From IMG/VR virus record IMGVR_UViG_3300013094_000041: a DNA stretch of 64,000 bases, one strand, 5' to 3'. Below the pieces are notes generated by a model, which was not told the origin of the DNA, made no database searches, and saw only the letters and a list, made by a program, of their open reading frames with translations. This DNA comes from an uncultured virus (IMG/VR IMGVR_UViG_3300013094_000041). Lineage: Duplodnaviria > Heunggongvirae > Uroviricota > Caudoviricetes. Position numbers and translations under genes: made by a program. Below, piece after piece: positions 57,588-64,000 of the stretch (its first letter is position 1; each line of letters opens with the position of its first letter).

Positions 57588-57849
57588 TCATTTTCCGAAT
57601 GAACTCGCCAGCAATATCAATTGGGGTAGTACTTTTAGGATCCAACTCAACGACAAATCCATTGGCGATATGCCACCCGTTAATACTATCTTTGATAATC
57701 ATTCCAGAATCCATTAGCGCCCTAGCATGAGCGCCAACTGCTGAGCGACTTAGGCCAACATTAATGTCAACCGATGTCACTCCTGGGTTCTTCGCTATGA
57801 ACTGTAGGATGCTCTTTTTCTTGTCTGTTATCAAAATAAATGACTCCAA
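57574..57849 (-). CDS. winged-helix DNA-binding protein
   Basis: ILQFIAKNPG.T......LSRSAVGAH...L...G.I. Confidence 0.6.
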   Translation of the reverse strand: MESFILITDKKKSILQFIAKNPGVTSVDINVGLSRSAVGAHARALMDSGMIIKDSINGWHIANGFVVELDPKSTTPIDIAGEFIRKMIDVK

Positions 57850-58082
57850 TATCTAATATTTTATAGCTGGGAACAGCCCATCCGGCAGCCTTGAGTGCCA
57901 GTATAACCTCTTCTATCTCATCCACCATTTGCCCCGCCTTTCGCGCTCGCAAAACTTTTGTACATCAATTGGGTCTTGTTTTGTAACTTCAGAACAAGCA
58001 TAAACTGAAGTCTCTGAGTGCGTATAAAATATCCACGCAAACAGAGATCCCAGCATTATTAAAGATATAGCTATTGCTTTCA

Positions 58083-58283
58083 TTACCCTTTAGTTCTTTT
58101 ACGCTTAGGGACAATGTCAACAATACCACCAGCAGCTGGTTTTTCACCCTCTAGCTTTTCTAGCAATTCATCTGCCATTCTAATGGCCCCTATAGGGTTT
58201 CCGCAATTTATCAATGCAAAACAGGATGCCAAGAAACGCATGTACTCTTTGTCTTTATTTTCCATGTTGCTCCAGCATATCAA
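58083..58283 (-). CDS. hypothetical protein
   Basis: Coupled ORF with a probable start at MENKD. Confidence 0.5.
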   Translation of the reverse strand: MICWSNMENKDKEYMRFLASCFALINCGNPIGAIRMADELLEKLEGEKPAAGGIVDIVPKRKRTKG

Positions 58284-58536
58284 TGCGCTCTATTAAAATG
58301 TCACTAAGCCTATCGTTACCAATTAATAGGATAGAGGTCTCTTTGGTATCTCGGACGACCTTACAGGCGTCTCTAAGGCCCTTGTTATAGCCACTAGCAT
58401 AATGATCTTGGCCTTCAAAAGCAGACGATACAGCGTCGCGCACGAATGATGCAGCTCTACGTGTCTTGGCCATCTCGCGAAGCTTATAAACGTCTTCTGC
58501 TGGCAGGTACAAGCTATAGGCAACTAGCTTTTCCAT
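58255..58536 (-). CDS. ribbon-helix-helix-like protein
   Basis: YSLYLP......L.......ASFVRDAV. Confidence 0.5.
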   Translation of the reverse strand: MEKLVAYSLYLPAEDVYKLREMAKTRRAASFVRDAVSSAFEGQDHYASGYNKGLRDACKVVRDTKETSILLIGNDRLSDILIERIDMLEQHGK

Positions 58537-58937
58537 GTTTTAAACTCCTGAATTAATTCTTCAAACAACTGTTGAGCTTTTAGGTTTGTCTTTAGGTCTG
58601 ACCTAGATGGAACATTTAAGTAGTCATATAACCACTCAGTTGTTTCCTTTTCGTTCTTTTTAAAGATGTTACCCTCGCTATGGAGGAATTCCCAAAACTG
58701 TTCATTTCGGCACATTATTCCAGCAGACTTAACTAGCTTAGCGCCAACAAACTCATCGCGGTTAAATGGAACCTCTGTATCAGCCAAACGTACCATAACT
58801 ACCATGTACCTAGCCCCTACGAAATCCCGTAGAATTTCTTCTGGGATCTCGTCTGGGTGGATAGATAAGGTAAGAATATGGCCGTCCTTAGTCTGCTTGA
58901 GAGCTACCTTCTTGGCTTCAAACTGACTAGTTTCCAT
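58524..58937 (-). CDS. conserved phage hypothetical protein
   Basis: Coupled ORF of 137 aa. Confidence 0.6.
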   Translation of the reverse strand: METSQFEAKKVALKQTKDGHILTLSIHPDEIPEEILRDFVGARYMVVMVRLADTEVPFNRDEFVGAKLVKSAGIMCRNEQFWEFLHSEGNIFKKNEKETTEWLYDYLNVPSRSDLKTNLKAQQLFEELIQEFKTWKS

Positions 58938-59249
58938 TTATAGCTTTCCCATTAATAGATACTTAAAGCGCTCCCAAAAACTTAAGCTAGTGTCAATTCG
59001 GGCGACAATATTGAAATCAGCCACAATCTTTTCAAGCGCTTCATTCTCTTTAATCTGAGATGCTAAAGCTTCCTGCAGCCGCTCTGACAGTTTTTGCCAA
59101 TCTACCTTGGCGGGAAATGGCCAAGCCTCTAGATCTTTTTTAACAGCCTTTATGCGCGCCTGACCATCAGCTACCTTGGATTTATTCTTTGAACCGACTG
59201 GACGGCCACGCTTTGCAGCCTTAACTGCTGGTTTTTTAGTTATGCCCAT
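58938..59249 (-). CDS. hypothetical protein with an AT-hook-like motif
   Basis: KRGRPVGSKNK. Confidence 0.55.
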   Translation of the reverse strand: MGITKKPAVKAAKRGRPVGSKNKSKVADGQARIKAVKKDLEAWPFPAKVDWQKLSERLQEALASQIKENEALEKIVADFNIVARIDTSLSFWERFKYLLMGKL

Positions 59250-59509
59250 GGATCTTTCTCCTCTTGTTTAACTGCAGGTGCAGCGCTGGTTTTAACGAAA
59301 GTGTCTACAGATAAAGATAAGAATGTACCGCCAGTCTTGGTTGGCTGCTTCCAGGCTGATAACTTAACTTCAATGCCATCTTCGTCTGTTTTTTCCAACA
59401 AATCTTTGATATAAGCACGGTCAAGCTTGATGCTGCCAAAAAACTCTGGGGCCTTGTCTGACTTGCGTTGGGATGATACAAATAATGCACCTCGGTTTAA
59501 ATATTCCAC
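59240..59509 (-). CDS. small ssDNA-binding-like protein
   Basis: GALF...K..KAP.F.G.I...LSAW.....G..FLSLSV with an acidic DPW tail, next to erf. Confidence 0.6.
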   Translation of the reverse strand: MEYLNRGALFVSSQRKSDKAPEFFGSIKLDRAYIKDLLEKTDEDGIEVKLSAWKQPTKTGGTFLSLSVDTFVKTSAAPAVKQEEKDPWA

Positions 59510-59513
59510 AGTA

Positions 59514-60230
59514 CTACTCCTTTGTTAATGATTTTTTGGTTGTTGTAAAGCTTGTCATCAGCTCTGCATAAAACGCAGCGTCTAATTCTTTAGCCCGGTC
59601 AAATGATGCGCGGTTTACCTTGAAGATATTAGCTACATCATCTGGAGTCTGGGCTAGTTGTAATAATGCAACAGTTCCAGCCTTAAGGGTTTCAAGCCAT
59701 GCTTCTGCAGTTCCCTGGTCATTAATGACTTTTAAAGTCCACTCTCCTGGTAACTCTTTCTTGCCTACCTTAACTGAAGCTACAAATGGTTCTGTTTTGG
59801 CAGTAGCTACAGCAGGTTTAGCAACTACTGCTTCAGACTTTTTTGCCGGCTCTTCTTTGCCTGTCAATGGCTCCAAAGCGTCATGCTCTACGATCTCAAA
59901 GGCGTTAACCCAAAGATAACGGCGTAGATAGGTCTGTACTGCACCTAAATTTTGGACGTCATGGCAACCCTTTAAAGCTGCGCTAGACATCGGCGAAGTA
60001 AAGGTTACAAAGCTACCATCTTCTGTGTCATTAATGGTCAGGTATGCCATATTTGATGTAAAGGCTACGATACCGCATAGCCCCATCTCAGAGCAGATTC
60101 TCTGAATAGCTGGCAAGAAATCGCCCAACTCAAAGTAATAATACCCAGCAAACTTGTTGTGACCAGACTTCTTAAGTGCCGTATTTTGCAACTTCATACG
60201 GGCTTCTTGGAGCTTGATATATACGCTCAT
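59514..60230 (-). CDS. erf: ERF-family single-strand annealing protein
   Basis: KSGHNKFAGY.YFEL.D and QNLGAVQTYLRRYL signatures. Confidence 0.85.
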   Translation of the reverse strand: MSVYIKLQEARMKLQNTALKKSGHNKFAGYYYFELGDFLPAIQRICSEMGLCGIVAFTSNMAYLTINDTEDGSFVTFTSPMSSAALKGCHDVQNLGAVQTYLRRYLWVNAFEIVEHDALEPLTGKEEPAKKSEAVVAKPAVATAKTEPFVASVKVGKKELPGEWTLKVINDQGTAEAWLETLKAGTVALLQLAQTPDDVANIFKVNRASFDRAKELDAAFYAELMTSFTTTKKSLTKE

Positions 60231-60400
60231 GCTAAACCTTTCAAATATTCATCGGCAAGCGATGCTGCAATGCCATAAATTGCCTCAGATGCCTCAAGAT
60301 CTGGTATATCTTCCATATCAGAATGAATCAAATCATATGTATTTGAATTACCTGCTAAGGCAACCATAAAGTCATAAATCATTTCTTGTCTTGTCTTCAT
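60227..60400 (-). CDS. small hypothetical protein (not in ORF track)
   Basis: MKTRQEMIYDFMVALAGN..., coupled on both sides. Confidence 0.55.
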   Translation of the reverse strand: MKTRQEMIYDFMVALAGNSNTYDLIHSDMEDIPDLEASEAIYGIAASLADEYLKGLA

Positions 60401-60618
60401 TTCATTTCCTCTTTCTTGGTTTCTACTTCAATTAACTTTTGTGTGTAATGCAGTACTTTCCGAAGGTCATCAATACCGCCTTTCTTTCTCCAGCGGGTAA
60501 TGTACTTAACAATATTTCCCTCTAGATATGGAAGGTCATTAGCAACAATGTAGTCCCACGGTTGTACTGAATTGCTTTTGTAGTGGCTTCCCCCTACCTG
60601 GGTATCATTGGCGCTCAT
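60397..60618 (-). CDS. DUF3310 / T7 gp1.7-like protein
   Basis: QVGGSHYK...GNIVKY.TR...KGG..DL.K..HY. Confidence 0.82.
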   Translation of the reverse strand: MSANDTQVGGSHYKSNSVQPWDYIVANDLPYLEGNIVKYITRWRKKGGIDDLRKVLHYTQKLIEVETKKEEMK

Positions 60619-61391
60619 ACAATAAACAACTCTTCATATGGGTAAACTGGCTCCTTCGGCAAAAATAGCCGGTTAACAGTTTCACCGCGGCAATAAGCAT
60701 GAATAGCTTTTTGAGTCTTCCAAAGCTTTTCAATCTTGTCTGATTCACCATTGTTTGTGTTCCGCATGAATGCTTCGCGAGCAAGGATGATAACCTTTTC
60801 ATCTGAGCTTTCAGAAACACCACTTAATAATACCTCTGAGAATCGGCGTAACTTAGTGATATTTTCACCATAGAAATGTGCCAACATAAGCGCGCCCAAA
60901 ATAACCGATGGGTTTAAATGCCTACGATTGGTAACAAAACACTCTGAAGCAGCTTTCATATGAATTTCCATATCATCTGCAAATGATAAGATTTCTTCTG
61001 TGGATAAACGTTTAGGTGCCGACAACAGATTAAGCATTCCAATATGTTTAGAAGTAATCCAGCCATTTAGGCCACCGATTTTGATGCCATCCATTTTGCT
61101 GCGTGGACGATGGGTGTCAATGTGAATAGATTGAGATTTCTTGAGGCCCTGGACCACCAGCATATTGACTGGCACACCAGCACGAATGATCCCAGATAAA
61201 CGCTGCTGTCCATCTGCAAGGGTTCCGTCCTCATAAAACGCAACGCCCTGGTGGGTCAAAGACCAATCACCATTTTTCATTAACTCTGCATAGCTGCCTA
61301 TTCTGCGCTCGCTCATGCTACGGTTAACAACGTTTTTCTCTAGCATCTTTTTTGCCATTTCTGGCGTGATATTTATTACATTAGCCTTCAT
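60615..61391 (-). CDS. ParB/DGQHR-like domain protein
   Basis: ITPEMA..ML..N..NR...YA..M..G.W......F...G.L.DGQQRL. Confidence 0.7.
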   Translation of the reverse strand: MKANVINITPEMAKKMLEKNVVNRSMSERRIGSYAELMKNGDWSLTHQGVAFYEDGTLADGQQRLSGIIRAGVPVNMLVVQGLKKSQSIHIDTHRPRSKMDGIKIGGLNGWITSKHIGMLNLLSAPKRLSTEEILSFADDMEIHMKAASECFVTNRRHLNPSVILGALMLAHFYGENITKLRRFSEVLLSGVSESSDEKVIILAREAFMRNTNNGESDKIEKLWKTQKAIHAYCRGETVNRLFLPKEPVYPYEELFIV

Positions 61392-62265
61392 TTGCTTCTC
61401 CTCTGAGGTATGTTTGATACTGCGGACAAAATTGACTTACTTGGCAATAGCTCTTGCATCGAGTTCTTTCGCCGGGACGGGTCTCAATATAAAATCCTTT
61501 GCCCGCCTCTTCTAATGCAGCTTCGGCCTCTTCCATGGATGCATGAAGTGACTTAGCTCTTACTGCTTTATCTTTCTTTAATGCGTAGACTGTTTCTTTT
61601 TCCCACATTTCGGAAGAAGTACAGGGTGGCAAGACTGCTCCAGTTTCCTCGGCGAAACGGGCTTCGGAGTGTAAATGAATGCGCTCGCGGAGGTACTCTT
61701 CACGTCTTTCCATACTCCATAAAGGAATATCAATTGTGACAATGCCAGCCTTTGGGTAATTAGCGCGAGTCTGCGACTCTCTATCACTGAAGTCTTTAAG
61801 GATAGCGACGATACTAAGCTTTGTAACTGGAGTTGCTTTAAGGTATTCAACCAACCATGCGTATACATTTAACTGTTGCTCCCATTCAGGTTTAGGATTT
61901 TGGACTGCCCATACTCCGACGGTCTTCCAGTCGGTGATTTCAATGCCAGCTTCTGTTACTGTTTGCACGTCAATCGCGCCGGAGATATGCCAGCCATCAA
62001 ACTCGGCATATAAGCGCTCCTCAACTATATCGTTAGCGCCAGGATGTTTTTCCAGCATATTATGGAAAGCGGTCCCAAACATGGAGTACACCAGTGAAGA
62101 TACGTCCACTTCAATCTGGTTATCATATTTGCGTCGCATGATAGAAATCTGTGGGCTATTCATCATCTCAGTAACTGATAGGTGTGCAGAACCCTTGGAG
62201 TAAGACGGCTTCTCTGCCAATCGCACAATAGCATCTGGTAAATTAAATTTATTTGTTATTTTCAT
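61381..62265 (-). CDS. PD-(D/E)XK exonuclease (RecB/Cas4-like)
   Basis: GTAFH..LE, E.RL, SGAID, I.DWK, QLNVY and a C-terminal C..YC....C. Confidence 0.82.
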   Translation of the reverse strand: MKITNKFNLPDAIVRLAEKPSYSKGSAHLSVTEMMNSPQISIMRRKYDNQIEVDVSSLVYSMFGTAFHNMLEKHPGANDIVEERLYAEFDGWHISGAIDVQTVTEAGIEITDWKTVGVWAVQNPKPEWEQQLNVYAWLVEYLKATPVTKLSIVAILKDFSDRESQTRANYPKAGIVTIDIPLWSMERREEYLRERIHLHSEARFAEETGAVLPPCTSSEMWEKETVYALKKDKAVRAKSLHASMEEAEAALEEAGKGFYIETRPGERTRCKSYCQVSQFCPQYQTYLRGEANEG

Positions 62266-62419
62266 TTTGCTTTAGAACCCATTGTTTAAGATCGATTGCG
62301 TTAATGATTAGGCTGTTGATCTCATCAATAGTTGACTCTTTGTCCTCAGTAATTAATAGTTTGGAGATTGCCTTATAGTTCCTAGCAATGTCTAACAACT
62401 TCTCTGCATAATCAATCAT
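62249..62419 (-). CDS. small hypothetical protein
   Basis: Start MIDYAEKL with a GAGG RBS. Confidence 0.5.
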   Translation of the reverse strand: MIDYAEKLLDIARNYKAISKLLITEDKESTIDEINSLIINAIDLKQWVLKQNENNK

Positions 62420-62714
62420 GACTTCCTCTATATCCTTTACGTTCGCCGTAATTATCGTAATAGTTTTGTACACCGCTTGGGGCTATTGTTTCATATCCAA
62501 TTCGAGTTCCGCTATTATCGTAAACCCCAGTATCTGAATGTATGTTCAGTGGACTGTTCTTCCAATTGGATGGAGAATTCCTCCAAGTCATTGAACTGTT
62601 TTCCGAGTTCAATTCCGAGTTCTTCCAGTTTTGTGGGGAGTTCTCCCAAGTAGTGACCTGTCCATAACTGCATGAACATGCGGTGATCAATATAACCCTC
62701 AATATATTTTTCAT
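62412..62714 (-). CDS. secreted-type protein with W-x-N-S-x-x-N repeats
   Basis: Signal-like N-terminus, then WENSPQN WKNSELN SENSSMT WRNSPSN WKNSPLN. Confidence 0.65.
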   Translation of the reverse strand: MKNILRVILITACSCSYGQVTTWENSPQNWKNSELNSENSSMTWRNSPSNWKNSPLNIHSDTGVYDNSGTRIGYETIAPSGVQNYYDNYGERKGYRGSHD

Positions 62715-62723
62715 AATTTTTCC

Positions 62724-62870
62724 TCATTTTGTGGCCAGCATCCATAGGCCAACATTAGCCCCTGCATAGCATACATAACAGATAAACATGGGAAGATTAC
62801 CCTTGGACATTTGCTCGAAAGCAATCCAAGCGTAGATCAACCCTGTCAATATAATTAAATTTCCGCTCAT
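62724..62870 (-). CDS. small two-helix membrane protein
   Basis: MSGNLIILTGLIYAWIAFEQ...YAGANVGLWML. Confidence 0.55.
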   Translation of the reverse strand: MSGNLIILTGLIYAWIAFEQMSKGNLPMFICYVCYAGANVGLWMLATK

Positions 62871-63664
62871 TCTGACCTTGGCAAGGCTCCAGTAAAGCCG
62901 TAAGTACCTGTGTGAGTAAAGTGCGCCCAAGGAGCTGCATAGACCTTAAAACCAGCTTCACGGGCAATCTTACAGAAGTGGTAGTCCTCAGATAGTAGCC
63001 GATTAGATTCTTCATCAATGCTGGTAGCAAAGAACTCTTTAATAATCTTAACCTCCCGCACAGTATCAACGGCGTGGTACATATCATTGGTATAGCTAGG
63101 GACTTTATCCATCAGCGCATCAAATACCTGGCGCTTGATCAGCATAAAACCAGTACCGCCGTTAGCAATCTCTAGTGGTTCATTAATGCTTCCTGAAGTA
63201 GAGCCTTGACCGTGTGGTAAATTTACAACAAATGCTCCAGTATGCTGGGCTAAGTTTTGTGGTGGAACGCCTTTTTGGACTGCCGCGGTTACTTCTACCC
63301 AGTTGATCTCTTTCTTTGGATATAAACCGCAGATAATATCTACATCAGAAGCCACCATGCGTGGAATATCCTGTGGATTAAAACCAATATCGGCATCAAT
63401 AAACATCAAATGGGTAGCTTCTGATTGAAGGAAGTCATAAGCCATGCTGTTACGGGCGCGAGTAATCAAAGATTCATTCATCATAAAGCTGTAGTACATC
63501 TGCAATCCATTTTGGCTACAGACTCCTACCAACTGCATAATTGCAGAGGCGTAAAGACCTGTACACATACCACCATACATTGGAGTGGCTACAAACAATG
63601 CAGCTTTCGGCATTGGTTTCGGCGCCGCAAAGATTGGTTTATTTGGTATTGGTGGCTTTTTCAT
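62867..63664 (-). CDS. GT-A fold glycosyltransferase-like protein
   Basis: LFVATPMYGG, ESLITRARN, THLMFIDADI (DxD), GTGFMLIKR and SEDYHFC. Confidence 0.8.
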   Translation of the reverse strand: MKKPPIPNKPIFAAPKPMPKAALFVATPMYGGMCTGLYASAIMQLVGVCSQNGLQMYYSFMMNESLITRARNSMAYDFLQSEATHLMFIDADIGFNPQDIPRMVASDVDIICGLYPKKEINWVEVTAAVQKGVPPQNLAQHTGAFVVNLPHGQGSTSGSINEPLEIANGGTGFMLIKRQVFDALMDKVPSYTNDMYHAVDTVREVKIIKEFFATSIDEESNRLLSEDYHFCKIAREAGFKVYAAPWAHFTHTGTYGFTGALPRSE

Positions 63665-63999
63665 TTAATTCTCCAAGGTAGTATCGGTTGGTATGCTTGC
63701 TTCATTAATTTGTTTCCTTCTTCAAACATTTTAAGTAGTCTTTCGGGTGCTCGGTAATTAACCGTAGCCTCTCCTGTGCATCCAAAGGAAGGCAGTCTTG
63801 CGCTGGCAGCTTTATAGAATTTACGATCTGCACCCCATTGCCCATAAAAATTATGTGCCACGTCAACCAAGTACTCACGCTTAAAGCAATAACAGTTAGT
63901 ATCAACAAGGTGGTCGTTATGATCATAAAATGTCGGGTATCTACCGAGTGCTTCGCAATCATCGTCAAAAACATATTCGTCTCGTTCATTGATAATTCT
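63661..63999 (-). CDS. C-terminal part of a GT2-like glycosyltransferase (5' end outside the window)
   Basis: Frame is open to the window edge: RIINERDEYVFDDDCEALG...VDTNCYCFKRE...WGADRKFY...TVNYR. Confidence 0.55.
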   Translation of the reverse strand, partial: RIINERDEYVFDDDCEALGRYPTFYDHNDHLVDTNCYCFKREYLVDVAHNFYGQWGADRKFYKAASARLPSFGCTGEATVNYRAPERLLKMFEEGNKLMKQAYQPILPWRIK

Positions 64000-64000
64000 C

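Noticed and set aside
61381..62265. CRISPR-Cas system (Cas4-like nuclease)
   Set aside because: No repeat-spacer array or other cas genes. Its context next to erf indicates a recombination exonuclease.
1..64000. integrase/prophage boundaries, DNA polymerase, alternative genetic code
   Set aside because: None is recognisable. Genes read through cleanly with the standard code and no host genes flank the phage modules.

Overview
The window is almost certainly most of a tailed dsDNA bacteriophage genome (Caudoviricetes, podovirus-like architecture). The host is probably a Betaproteobacterium (inference only). Layout: (i) minus-strand accessory genes, including a GT10 fucosyltransferase and an FkbM-like methyltransferase (1-3.1 kb); (ii) RusA, then a ~1 kb largely non-coding, hairpin-rich control region (3.55-4.55 kb); (iii) a plus-strand replication module with a ParB-like protein, SF2 helicase, C5 DNA methyltransferase and Toprim primase; (iv) a GC-richer block of small minus-strand early-type genes (9.4-13.5 kb); (v) a long plus-strand late region with TerS, TerL, portal, GroES-like protein, Mu gpT-like capsid protein, small basic proteins, many Gly-rich tail fibres, a lysis cassette, ejection proteins and a 1934-aa polyvalent protein; (vi) a minus-strand recombination and glycosyltransferase block (57.3-64 kb). 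Five free-standing homing-endonuclease-like genes are present. I saw no integrase, DNA polymerase, reverse transcriptase, CRISPR array or convincing tRNA. The most unusual signals are: a switchable leader plus a structured ncRNA at the head of the replication operon; an unannotated 40-aa amphipathic peptide gene under a PhaR-box-like operator; a glycosylation gene set; a shared short GG motif across many virion proteins; a nested out-of-frame ORF in the C5 methyltransferase; and strong local CCWGG enrichment around the probable genome-end region. All product calls come from recognising motifs by eye, not from database searches.
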